Positions 12,031 to 24,799 of a DNA stretch of 64,000 nt are shown here, piece by piece (the first letter of the stretch is position 1; the number at the start of each line of letters is the position of its first letter). The stretch covers positions 65,264,788 through 65,328,787 of the forward strand of contig CM120640.1 of NCBI GenBank assembly GCA_051362555.1. The letters run 5' to 3'. A program made the position numbers and the translations under genes. The DNA comes from Lingula anatina. Its lineage: Eukaryota > Animalia > Brachiopoda. Below the pieces are notes generated by a model. That model made no database searches and was not told where the DNA came from. It was given only the letters and a program-made list of their open reading frames with translations.

Positions 12031-14339
12031 CTAAGCAGGGGAATGGGCAAATGAGAGAGAGAGAGAGGAGGAAATATAAGACAAAACCCTTGTCGATAAT
12101 TTTTTAACGAAGAGTAAAATCAGAATGTCCAATATCAAACTACGTTTCCTAATGAAATTATTGGTATCACGTTGTGACAAAGAGGAAGCGCCTCTTGTGG
12201 AGAAGTTTTTGTAATCTACAGGTAGCTCCTTATTTACTGGTTTCAGCAATACTAGTTGGCAACGTCTTTTTTTTCGTAATTTACCGCAAAGACTGGTTAG
12301 AATTTCTATTCTAAGTAACTAGAATGAAGAAAATGTTTTTCTCATATCGCCTTAACACGGGTTTAGTCAGTAGTCTGTTTTTCCAAAAGCCAAATTTATT
12401 AGCTTGCTGTCTTGTTAGCCGGCTACTAAGTTCAAAGCAATCACACTTTGGACCAGTTATGAGGACAATTATGCTGCGTTTTATAAGCATTTTTTGATAA
12501 TATCCCCTGGAACAAATCAGAGGTTTCAAAACCATTTGATTCGCTTTAAATCCATAATGGGTCCATTTGTCGTTACTTCGATTCACCGCAAACCTCTGCT
12601 TGTTTTGTAATGCTTTTGGCGTAAAAAATGCACTTAAAACAAGGGGAATATGAATATATTTGTTTTGGCGTATCTTTCAATGGTACTTCCCTTTCCTTAC
12701 TTTCAAATATAAACCTTATAATCCATGTACTTACAAAGATTTTTTGAAATGCCTCGCACTAATCACTGGTTTTAATTTCTTCATAATATTTCCAACTGGT
12801 TAATCATTCCAGGGAAATGAAAACAATAATTTTCCACTTATTTAATATGCCTTCCCCTGGGTTTGGAAGAGATACAAAAACATGATTAAAGACCAATAAA
12901 GTCAGTGTCGTTATCACGCTTATTTTGCCAATAGACGTTACATGTTTCGGCCTCCACTCCTTAAAGAGGAATACATATTTACGTATTTTCAAACAACATA
13001 GTCCGAGTTGTGGGCAAGCAAAACGTTTTATTCGTTTATGTCTGAGTCAAAAATAAAGAAGTCTAGAACACACTTTTAAAGAGTGTTTTGATTATGGAAC
13101 TTGATGGGGTGGAATGACGATCAGTAAGCACTAGAAATACACTTATTTTGTGATTCTTGTGTATTCGCGGAAAATCTTATTTTGCAAAATTTTTCTTATG
13201 ATTTCAGAAACCATATCAGAAGTACAGCATTCAATTGGTGTTTGTCTTTACTACATCAATACCCAGAAGAAAACATTCTATTATAGTATTCTAATTAGAC
13301 GAGCTTTTGGTCACAGACTTTATTTCATTCCGGTTAGAAGAATAAATTGTTTTGCAAAAATTTCAAGTGCGGTGCTCATCACAGTGAGTTTTTATTGTAA
13401 AGAGAGAAGTTATCGCCTAATATTCATTTTTTTTCTTGGATATCAAAGCATTGCTCTATTTCTGGGCCACCAAGATAAAATGACAAGAGGAGTGTCGTCA
13501 ATAATAACCCCACGACAACTTTAATCCCAGTCAAAAATAAATCAACAAGCACTCCTTTATAAAGTACAGTAATTATGCACTTTATTTACAAATCGGATTA
13601 TACACAGCAGTACCACAAATAAATTAAATGTCTAACAATAAGAATTTTCATAGCAATGATTTCTAGTTCATGTCTCCATCCTATCACTTTTAATACCAAC
13701 TATCCACGTTTATAGAGGTAACACGCTGAACTTGCACTATTAACAAAAACAAAACAAAAAAGGGAATATCATTTGTGACATGTACATGTAAATAGTGTTA
13801 TACTGATGTCTCGACTCAATGCACAAATTAAGAAATTGGTTTTGGTTTTTGTAGCTGCTAGTCTTCCTATTTTAATATTCAAACAGACTGAATGAAGAGC
13901 TTGTTATACAGTCTTTGAGATATGAAATGACAACTTAATCATCAGTCTAATAAGGTAAAAACATGCGACCCCCTGGGGCATTAATAAATATGAAAATAGA
14001 GATAACTGATTATCAAGAAAAAAAAACAGAAATGAGATCCATTTAATATGTAAAAATTGTCACTCAGAAATAACATATTTGAATCACACTGTGTAGGTGA
14101 GGCAACGACCTTAAATCCTTGGAATGTCTTTTGGTGATTCCTGGCCGGAAACAACATGGATAAATTACCAATTTGCGTGCCGTGCTCGACAATCTCCAAG
14201 ATAAATGCAACCGCTACTTTAAATGGCAGTCATGTCCCTTAACGTGTTGCACGCGGTCTTATTTTTCAAGAGGGTCACGGCATAATTGGCTGTTATTCCG
14301 TCTCTAAGGGTAATCTTCAAGTCGACATATTCATATTTC

Positions 14340-15072
14340 CTACGGCATGATTGGAAGGACGTCTTTGCCTAGGCTACAGCCAGCGTAAAAGAAACCCCTG
14401 GGGCATGGCGCCGCAGGAACGGGGGAGTCTTCGGAACGCCGATATCGCCCAAGTTTTATATTAATCACTGCACTCCTACTTCTTTTTCTTGAGTTGTTTT
14501 TCTTATCAGTGTTTTTCTTCGATATCAAGCTTTTCATGATTTCACCCAGTGGCAATTGTTTTTTCTCTGGTTTCGTACGCCGAAATGGGGTGGGGCTCGC
14601 TTCCGAGTCCTGTATTACCGTCAGGTCTTTTAAAATTGCTAAGAGTCTCGCCTTTTTCTGTGAGTCACTTGCTGAAGTTTTCATTGTGTGGAACAAAAAG
14701 GCGCTATATTTCCTAGCTGTAAATAATCAATTACGTGTCATGATATGATTTTCAAAAAGTGTACACAAAATGAAAATATCGGCCATAAGCTATTTATAGC
14801 TCTGTCACTGTTATACAATTACTTTTTAATTAATAGTGATAATGAATTGGGATAAACTATTCAAAAGATAATCGAACTACATAACTTCAAAATTCACTGG
14901 TAATAAACCTCTTTGAACGTTTTTAAGTTTGATACTTACTCTTACTGTTGATATGAGCGCCTCCTTGGACTACGGCCACACTTTTCTTATTATTATGTAT
15001 GGAAGGCAAAGAAAATGTGCTTTTGATCAAGATACCATTAAATATTAATAATGAAAATATGTTAATTTCCAT
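14340..15072 (-). CDS. Orphan two-exon prepropeptide B (169 aa): signal peptide, basic pro-region, RYRR furin site, C-terminal Cys-x8-Cys peptide
   Basis: Exon 1 14940-15072: MEINIFSLLIFNGILIKSTFS|LPSIHNNKKSVAVVQGGAHINSK, donor GTAAGT in phase 1 (alternative donor 6 nt upstream). Exon 2 14340-14716: acceptor TTTACAG, in frame with the provided ORF 14340-14696, ending RYRR-SEDSPVPAAPCPRGFFYAGCSLGKDVLPIMP*. TATATAAG at 15151-15158; candidate AATAAA at ~13581. Confidence 0.7.
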
Positions 15073-15150
15073 CTTGCTATGAATTCTTTTGCCGGTTGAA
15101 AAAGAAAACTATAACTTCCCTGTTGCTGACTTTTTAAACTTGTCATTCAG

Positions 15151-15158
15151 CTTATATA
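15151..15158 (-). promoter_or_regulatory. TATA box of precursor B
   Basis: TATATAAG about 80 nt upstream of the ATG at 15072. Confidence 0.5.
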
Positions 15159-18100
15159 CGTACGAACGGCCAACTACCTGGGGGGAAATCAAAAATTTGA
15201 TACGCTCTACTAGTAGTATTACGTAACCCGGACTGCGTCACGCTTTCCGACTGGTTTTGTAATTCTATCACATTAAAATTGTTTTAACCACTAAAGCGGG
15301 ACAGGCCTGCCGCACCGCTCAATCTGATTAGGACCGAATCAAGCATGAAGTACCACGTGATTTGCGGTCACCCCCGGACTCGGTCGACCCCTACTTAACT
15401 TAAGTTTGTTTGATGACAAAACATTCCAACTGTAGTTCGAGCAAAACGGATAAGCAAGAGGGAGTGGTCAGTTAGCGTCCTGCACGCCTAAGGCAGGGGT
15501 AGGAGAGTGCATCAGTCGTGGAACCCGCGCACTGGGCCGTGACTGCCATCTGCAACGCTCTGTGAACGCTTGCAGTAACTCGTATAAGAAACACGCTTAC
15601 CAAACAACGCCGCATATACCTGCAAATACAATCTCCACTGCGATGTTTGAATGAAAACAGCTGAGTGACTAAAAATGTTTCTTAATTGCAACTATCCTGC
15701 TTATAAACTTATAACAATATGAAATTAGTAGATAAATGATAGTGGACGTAAAAAGGTACTTAGGACCTTAGTTAATCTAAATTGACAAAAATTAAGTATG
15801 TTTTTCTAGTATTAACTTCAGACCTACATGCATGCGGGGGTGGCATGGTTTTCAATTTCATGTGTTGTTTGAATAAATGTGTGATTAATTCAGTAAGTAA
15901 ACAAGCAGAATTAACAACTAGTGTAGGTGTTTCTATTTTTATATTACAAATCCGAAGGTCTTGTTCACATTTGAGTTACATACGATGAAAATTAATTGAT
16001 TTTTTTCAAGAATGCCTGATCCATTAATTGTAATTTTGTAAGCATTTTGTCGAAATGGGATGATCGTTCTTTTACTTCGAATCATTTTCAACTGAAATAT
16101 TTGATTCACTGATTCATTTGATTGACTGACAATGTTTGAATGTTTAAAACGTTTTCTTTGAATAATAATAATGTAATCATAAAAATGGCATCTGTTTTTG
16201 TCAAAAATATCCACATATCTCTTCTGGTATTCAAATACACTCGACACTTAAATTTGGAAAATAAAACATGAATTCTATAAATCTTTGTTGAATTAAGCTG
16301 ATAATAAAGATGCTTGTCTTTTAGCTTACCCTTGAACTTTTCCTTTGCAATGTTCAGAAAGGTATACGAGTCCACAAAGTCAAACCAAACACGTGCCATC
16401 GCACCCACCTTCTCTTAGACAAGGAAGTGCAAATCCACCTGTTTTTATTGGATGAACTGGATCAATGAGATTAGCATTGGTTCACCCTAACTCTTACCAG
16501 ATCTCTGCTGTCTTGATCACATCTTGTAACCTGGTCCCCGCACACTTAATGCCACTAACTCAATTAACCTCTTTAAAGGTAAACAAAGGTAAAGTTTCAG
16601 TGCATCGCGCTGCTTTTTCCGGATGGGTACTCAGGCCATCAGTAGTTAGTTTTGCGTCATACAGTATACATTTCCTAAATGGTTTTTAAAATATCCCCCT
16701 TGTTTTAAGTTCCTGTAACCAATCCCATCTGGTGTTCAAATTATTTTTAATTGGCAAATAAAAAACCATTCGCCAGGTTTTCAGTGTAACAGTGTCCTTC
16801 TCACATCTTTACTTCCGAATATTTTTGTTCTACCATTATATTGCGATTGTGAACTGACAGAATTGTGTCTGCTGCGAAATCACACTTACTGCAATACTGC
16901 TACAACACTCAATAGATAGGTTTTTATACAAGTACTTAGGCAATTTAACGTTGAACAATTAACTAGCATGGGCTACTTTTATTATTCTCTTCCTTGTCTA
17001 TGTCTATCTTTATTTATATATTAGTTTATTCAACTGTACTAATAAGATGTAGACATATTTTCAATTCCAGTAAACATCACTCTGTACGAAGTTCTTTGAA
17101 TTTTTTTGTTGAACCACTTGTTTTAAAATAAGCTAATACCATTGAATAACGCCAAAACATACGAGTCCAAATCTTTCTGAAATGCACAAAGCTATAGACT
17201 GTTTTGTTATTATTATTATTATTATTATTAAATGTTGGTATCTACTGTAATTTGCAGTGACATGATCTGCGCCTTTTGCGCTTCTTCAGTATCGTAGTCC
17301 TTAGAATGGTGGGAATCATAATTTTTTTTAAAGAATATGCTGACACCCGTGTATATTTCAATTATCCAACCAGCCAAAAGTGTAATTAAAAACTATTGTG
17401 TTCTAATCATCGATTCGTTCAAAAATAAATAAATTATTTAAATAAAGTTAATTTTAATCAGTTTTGATGAAGACGCATTTACTCCTTTTAAGTGTTGTAA
17501 GTACTAAACGTAGATTGTGCTGGGGTACCTTTCGTCTTTATTCTAACGATTCAAAATATAAGACGGTAATTTTTTTAATTGGCGTCGCCGCTTGTTATTA
17601 TCGCTCATTTCATTGTGCAGTTTTTTTCTGATCATTCATTTATTTGCCGTTATGTTTTTTGAAATTGAAAAACATTTTGGCAAGATAGGATAACTGAGTT
17701 ATGATAGTGAAGCTAAACATAGACAAAAAGATAATTGCCACTTGCGAAAAAGCATTTGTTTTTATTTCACATTGCTTTCGTAACAACTTTGTACATTTCA
17801 ATTTATTTCATATTTCAAGAACGTGCTAGCATACTTTTGAACCTATCCTTAAAGAACTGTCATCTCACCGATTGCTGACTGTGGAGCTGATCTAAATAAA
17901 TTTTAAGGGACTTGTTTATAAGTAACCCTTTCAATGTATTACATCATATCATAAACTTCTTCACAAAAATATCAAAAGCTAATTTAAGTTTATATAAATA
18001 AGGCGTTTGTAGAACGCTACCTGGTTTCATATGTATGTATATATATATATTATAATTATATATATATATTTACAGATTATACGATTAAATGACTAGTACA

Positions 18101-19045
18101 ACTGAAATTGTATTCCAAGCTTTAAAAGATTTGCTTTATGTGTCTATTAGTAACTGTCCAGGTGAGATATAGACTTTTTTACCTCTACAGATATCTAACC
18201 AATATCCCTCAGTTTTTTCCATATTTTATAGCTCGTTTAATTACAGTATATCACTATACTATACCCTAAACAAAAGAGGCAAAGACTTTCTCAAATGTAC
18301 AAAAAGGAAAGGTTGTCAAAGGTTGTAACTTAGACAACAGACCTTAGACTATTAATTTGAGTTTTTCTTTTCACTGACAGGCTCTAAAATGAAATAAACG
18401 AATTTGTTGCGTTAAAACAAAGGCTTTTCATATTTGACTAACATTGCTGTTGTCAGATATTTGATTTTTAAAATGTCAAAACAGGGCCAATTGGAAAAAC
18501 TAAAAAATAAAGTGATTGCATAGGGAGGCAGTTAATAGCGATTGTCAAAGAAGCTAACACAGAATCAAGGTCGGGCTCACCAGGTACCAAATACTGATTT
18601 ACAGAACAGATTTATGTGCGGTCTTTGAATTGAGAATAAGATGGATATGACATTGGTCTACATGCTGAAACATCAAAAATGGGATTATAACCTTTTTACA
18701 GCATTTCCCGCCAACAAATTGTCTACCTTTCTCTTGAAAGTTTTACCAATAATAGGCATCTGTATATGCTGATCAATAGCAAACATCCAACAAATACGCA
18801 CTGTCTCGTCATTAAGTTAGACCAAAAATGTAAAGGTAATCACATTAATATAGTAGTAGAAACTATGCTCGTTATAAATACTGTTTCAAGCATTTATCAC
18901 AACCCTCCTTTTAACCTAGGTGAACATAGGTTCAAGTATACCTGGGTTGACCGTTCGTCGAAAAGTACACCCTGTTTGCTGTAACAAAATTGAGCGTACT
19001 AAAACCCTAGGATAAAACCCAAGGATCCTTAAGTGGTCATACATG

Positions 19046-19047
<2 letters not shown>

Positions 19048-19101
<54 letters not shown>
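19048..19101. repeat. (TA)n microsatellite in the presumed R-spondin 3' UTR
   Basis: Direct inspection. Confidence 0.95.
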
Positions 19102-19102
<1 letters not shown>

Positions 19103-19651
19103 TTGTCCTAAGACAGACTTGGGAAGTACAGCATTTGGCAACTCTGGATGTGGAAACTCAGAAAATCTGTTGCCATTGGTTTACACATTGCACTGTCATA
19201 AAGGGGTTTCAAGTAGCCATATAACGCACGATGTATACACTATAGCGATAGATATCCATCGGAGCAGATTTTATTGAACAGGGCCTCATTTACGTGTGCT
19301 AGGGTTGCAAGAATGCGTAGACACACCAAACCTCATCTTCAAGTAATGGGATCTGTTTTCTATATATGATTATCTATTTGGGCTATGCGGAAAAAACAGC
19401 TGCATCTTTATCTTTACAATCGTTTGCCAATCTGCCAAATGAAAGGTCAAATATCAAAGTTCATAACCGCGTCTATATCAAAGTGTTTTTCGAGCATCGG
19501 GTATGAAGGCGGCTCGCACAAATTCCATTTCATCAAATGCCTGATAGAAATCGCTGAAACATATTAAGACTTCCGCCTGTCACATGAGCATTCATAGGAA
19601 ACATGAGCACCAATTAAATCAAATAACTGATCGAGATTTTATAATCTCTCG

Positions 19652-22600
19652 TCAAGTGGTTGGTCGTGGTATGTACATTGTCGAGTTGAAAGTGTTCGTG
19701 GTATTTTGCCAGACACTTTTTAAAGATTGTTCTCTTTCACGAAGAAACTGTTTCCGCCTTCGCCTTTCTGCGCGTTCTCGGCGCCGTCTCTGTTCTCTCT
19801 CGCGTCTCTCTTTTTCCCGCCTTTGTCGCCTTCTGCACTTGAATCGATCGTCCCTACCTCTTTTCCGTTTCCTCTTTTTGTTTTTGTTTTTCCTTTTTCT
19901 CTTTTTACCAATATGATCCTTTGACTTTTCCTCTGAAGGTTCTGAACTGTTGCTGAGCAAATCTGCAATAAAGAAAACAAGAAAACCATGCATTAAAGAG
20001 AAATATGTTTAATGGTAAGTATATGATAAGCAAACAACTATTCACAAAAATGTAATTTGGTATCAATTTTTCAAAAAAAGGATTTTTTTACCACAAGCTG
20101 CCAAATGAAAGGTCAAAGTTCATAACCGCGTCTGTACCAAAGTGTTTTCCAAAACCACAATTAAAAACATGCTAATTGTTGATCATATACTAAAATATCT
20201 TCCTTTTGCTCACATACAATGCCCAATAAAACCACTCGTATGAATTCACTAGTATTTCAATGTGAACTCTCCAGTATAGCCTATATTGTGTGATTTCCTC
20301 ATTTCAACGGCATGATGTAACCAGTATCTGAAAACTGATTTGCCAGATTTCCAGTTCGAATTCATCATTATAATTAACGGACAGATTGCGTTCGAATGTA
20401 CTCGGCCGTGTTACAAAGTAAACTGACTAAAGAAATGGAAATTAACTCACAAGTTTTAAAGCCTGGAGTGATCTAATGAAGAGGTTACGTCATAAATTGA
20501 CCAGGATAATGAAATAAACTCACCAGTATTACAATGCCTCCTCTTCATTCGGCATTTTCGAGACTCCAGTAGTGCCTGGCAAGGCACGCCATTGATAGGT
20601 AGCTGTAAGATTTCTCGTGACCGACTTTCTGTGCCGTATTTGTATCCACACGTCTGTTCTTTCTTCATGCAGGTGCCCCAGCTACCCCAAGGTCCCACCA
20701 TACAATCAACTGAAACAGTACGCAGATTGTTTATAAATTTCGTATTCCTCGCGATAAGACGTTTTATTTTTCTCCATGAGTCAAAGACATATTTTTTTAT
20801 CAATTTATACGACGTTAACCGTAAAATGAATCAATCCAATAAAACCAATTATCTTAGTGCTTCGTACCACCTGCATTAACAATATAACCATTTTAGCAGA
20901 TCAACCAAAGAGATTAAAAAAATATGCCCAACCTTTTTATATTAAGATATAAAGGTTATGGAATATAAAATTGACGTTCATGAGTTGTTGTTTGGGAGAA
21001 TCAAAGTTTAGTAGGACACTAGCCCACAGTAGTGGGTACCAAGAATATTAGGTTAAACTTATAAGTAATAGAATGGTACTCACTACTTTCTAAACATTCC
21101 TTAGAATAATTAGCGTAGTGAAGTCCGTTTGGACAGCTCTCCAGACACTGCCCTCTGTACGCGATGTACGGCGCTCGGCACGATGTACAGTAATGGCGGT
21201 TGAAACAACTATCACAGTTTTCTATTTTGCATCCTGAAAACAACAAGAAAAAATCGCACTTTGAAGATAAAGCATTAAAAGATTGAAAAACGTCGTTTCA
21301 TGAAGTGCATTTTAAACCAATGGAATTATGGACTGTACATTCTAATTGTGTTGGTTCTTCCTTTATGGTTTTATTTGTATCAATAGTATTTTGTACCTCT
21401 GAAATATCTTACTTCGAAAAAAGTAAAAACTATCCCGCACTGTGAAAAGCTAGCTTTATTTTAAACAATGATACTCACTGTGGCATTGACTTAGTGACCG
21501 TGTCCGCACCCCATAGTACCCGTTTGGACACGCGTGGACGCAGACCCCCGTCTGCCGCATGCCGTTACGCTGAAGGAGCATGAACATCTTTGGTCGGCAC
21601 GTAACACAACCGTTGACCGCCGAACAGCTAGTGCACCCGTGTGGACACAGGGGGTAAACGCCTTTGATTGCTGGAAATAATTGGTTATAGAATTTTATCT
21701 AGTTTGTTCTACATGGTTATGTATAAGATAATGGCAAGCAAAGATATGTATAAAAAAGAACGATTGACAAAAATAGGATTTTTAGTTACATCAACATTCG
21801 TAAACCAAACACAAATGTGTTTCTTAATAACAAATCGAGGGCTGTTTCTACTTTTTGCCTAGGTTCTGCTTCTTTCACACGGTATTTTAATGCTGTAACT
21901 GTGTATACGCAGTGTTTTCTGTGGATTACCACTTCCATATATTCTGCCATCCCAACAGTTGTTCTTCTTGCATTGGGCAGTGTTAGGCATAATTACGCAA
22001 TGATTTGCGCCATTTGAACCTCATTATAACATGATTTTTTCAATTACTATGCTGCTGTAAACTCTTGTTTTAACGTTTTTGTTTCGTGTGGTAAAATGCC
22101 GCGAGGTACCAGAGGCTACTTTTTATAAGCAAAACATCGACACAAAAACGGCCATTCTAAACAAAACCTCAATGCTTCCATTTCAACTTCTTGCCGTGCT
22201 AATCCATTTTATTCTAACGCATTCGCTTCCACTCAATGATTTATACTGAGTTGAATGCGTGGTTTAACGGTCCGTTATTGTATCGTGTTACTTGTCATTT
22301 TATTATAATCTACTGTCGAGTTTCAAAATACATCTTTTCTTCGACATCATTGGTTGAGAAGTGGTGCGTCATTCGAAAAAAGCCTCCTGTCTTATTAGAA
22401 TAACAGTCGGCTTACCAAGCACTGAAAAACTTATAACTGAAATTTTATACCAGATATTACTGTAGATCAGCCAACCGAATCGAAGGTATGGAATAAATTG
22501 ATATCGTCACCTGGCATAAACATCCCCTAGACATCTAATCATCGAGAGGCAACCTGCTTTAAGAATCAAAATAACGCAGGCGCCTTCGCCTGAACTTCAT

Positions 22601-24750
22601 AAAAGTTATGATCAACCGCCTTTAAATTTACTTTACATCATTTTTCGTTATGTCTTCTATGAAAGTAGCAATCATGTCGATATCAGCTTTCCTTTACATA
22701 ACCACTTCAAAAAGTCTTTTCAAAACAACCCGGTGACCGACAGTCTAAAAAAACATATGCAAATATTTGTTCACGAGCTCGGCAGCTCGTGACAAAATAA
22801 TTGAATCTTTCTCAATGTGTGTTGTAAAAAGGTGCTTTTTACATAAGAGTGTCTATGAAGGGGTATATGTATTAACGTACCCCTGGCATATATCTATACT
22901 GCTAGAAGAAGGTTGGTCAGTAAGAAGCGCCATTTTTGCCAATAGTCCTTTGTTGATGAATTTGATGTTTTTCGATATTTCCTCCCTCCCCTTTATAATC
23001 TCGGCCAAAGAACCCAGACCAAATATGACTTACAAGCTGATCTCATTATTTGTTAAGGTAAAGTGCATAACAGCTACTTTAATACAGTTCTCTTGAAGTC
23101 AGTTATAGTTTGTTTAAGGTCTTCATAGTGTACAGAGGTGCTGTCAGAGGTAATGACACAATGGCAGCATTCATTACCTCCCCCCCTCTGATTCATTTGA
23201 TTTTTTTCCGCCAAGCCTAAGAATATCTTTTGTAGCAAAAGATCGTCGACCTTAGTTTAACGAACAAGTAGCCGATGGCTCAGATTAGACTTAAAGGTTG
23301 ACCCTAGAATAAAGCCGAGAAGAAACGCCTGAAACAAGTCATTGTACAAGGTGGAATTGCCTTAGGCAATATGGTTCCGATTTCTGTTGGCATTGTAGCA
23401 AATTACTGCCCAAACAACGTCAGTCAGAGGTTGTCTTTTATGTTATAGTTTAGACGTAATGTTATTATACCTGTGTTGTAACTGCGTTTGCAACACAAAC
23501 ACTTCGTTTCAACATTTTCTACCATTGCTTTCACACCCGGTGACATATTACCTAGACAGAACTGATCATCGTTCTAACGGTACTTCCAATACAATGATAA
23601 AAAAACGTTATTGCGTTCGCATTTCCAGAGTAAAAAGTAATAATAAGCACGCCGTACGCGTATGTTACAAATGCTTCAATGGGAACTAAACATTTGTTCA
23701 ATAACTATCTAATAGGTACCATGTCAACCTTCAACCAAATCTTCAACCTTTAAATAACTGAAGAACCCGACTGCCAAAGGTAACAATTAATGGTATATTC
23801 TGGCAATTACGTAATAAAATAACCTCAGGGCAGATTAGATTGAAAATGCTGGATTCTGGGTGTATACGATTAACTGAATCATGTCCAGTATCACCCTGTA
23901 ATAGACTTCAGTTAGCTTTGCCTATAAAATCTGGCTACCATATCAAATAAAAGATAAACGTGCGGTGTAACGTGGCGCATGTGAAAGTTAGCTAACATTT
24001 CTGGTCGGAACCTTGTCCAATACACCGCCTTATACACAGTTAATGAAAAGTAGAGTCAAAACAACTGGCCTCTACAGCCACCATGGACTAAGACCGTTTT
24101 TAGAAAAAACTTTGAAAAGCCGAATAGGTTATCTCACCCTACGAGTCAAAACATAACATCGCTTCTTCCTTAAAGTCAAGACAGGGTTTTCCCTAAATAT
24201 GATACATGAAAAGCAATTTTGGCCGCAATTCTGTTTGTCAATTCATTTTATCTAGAATTACTTGCCCTGTAAATTCCTGAAATAAGGAGAACGATCATGT
24301 ATAAATCTCATTGTAGAATTAACATTAACCCTAATAAACTGGCCAACGGAAATACTGCGTAACTGAGATGATAAAACACATTAGAAACCGTAGTTAAACT
24401 TTATTTTAAGGATAAACCAATGTGAAGATTATAATTATCACTACCATTGGCCACATATTCAGATTTCTAAATGAACGCGTGCTCGACAAAATCGACGCAC
24501 GTTAATCAGTTTTCATAAAGCACGTAACGTACCCGAACTCTGCTTTATAAAATACCTAAACAGTGATTTGTGTATAGGATTTTCTCCCTAATGTTAATAC
24601 TACCTCTCGATATTCGCTGCACCCTTCCCTAACATCAACTTTGCAGAACGAGCTTTTTTCAATAATCATTTTAATTTCAATATTTTCCAGCAGTTCAAAC
24701 AGAAATTATCTGTGTTCTTTTACATCAAGGCTTTTTCAGCGTTCACGTCA

Positions 24751-24799
<49 letters not shown>

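Noticed and set aside
22620-23070. Protein-like minus-strand stretches in the R-spondin first intron
   Set aside because: In-frame stops, incompatible splice phases and no recognisable family
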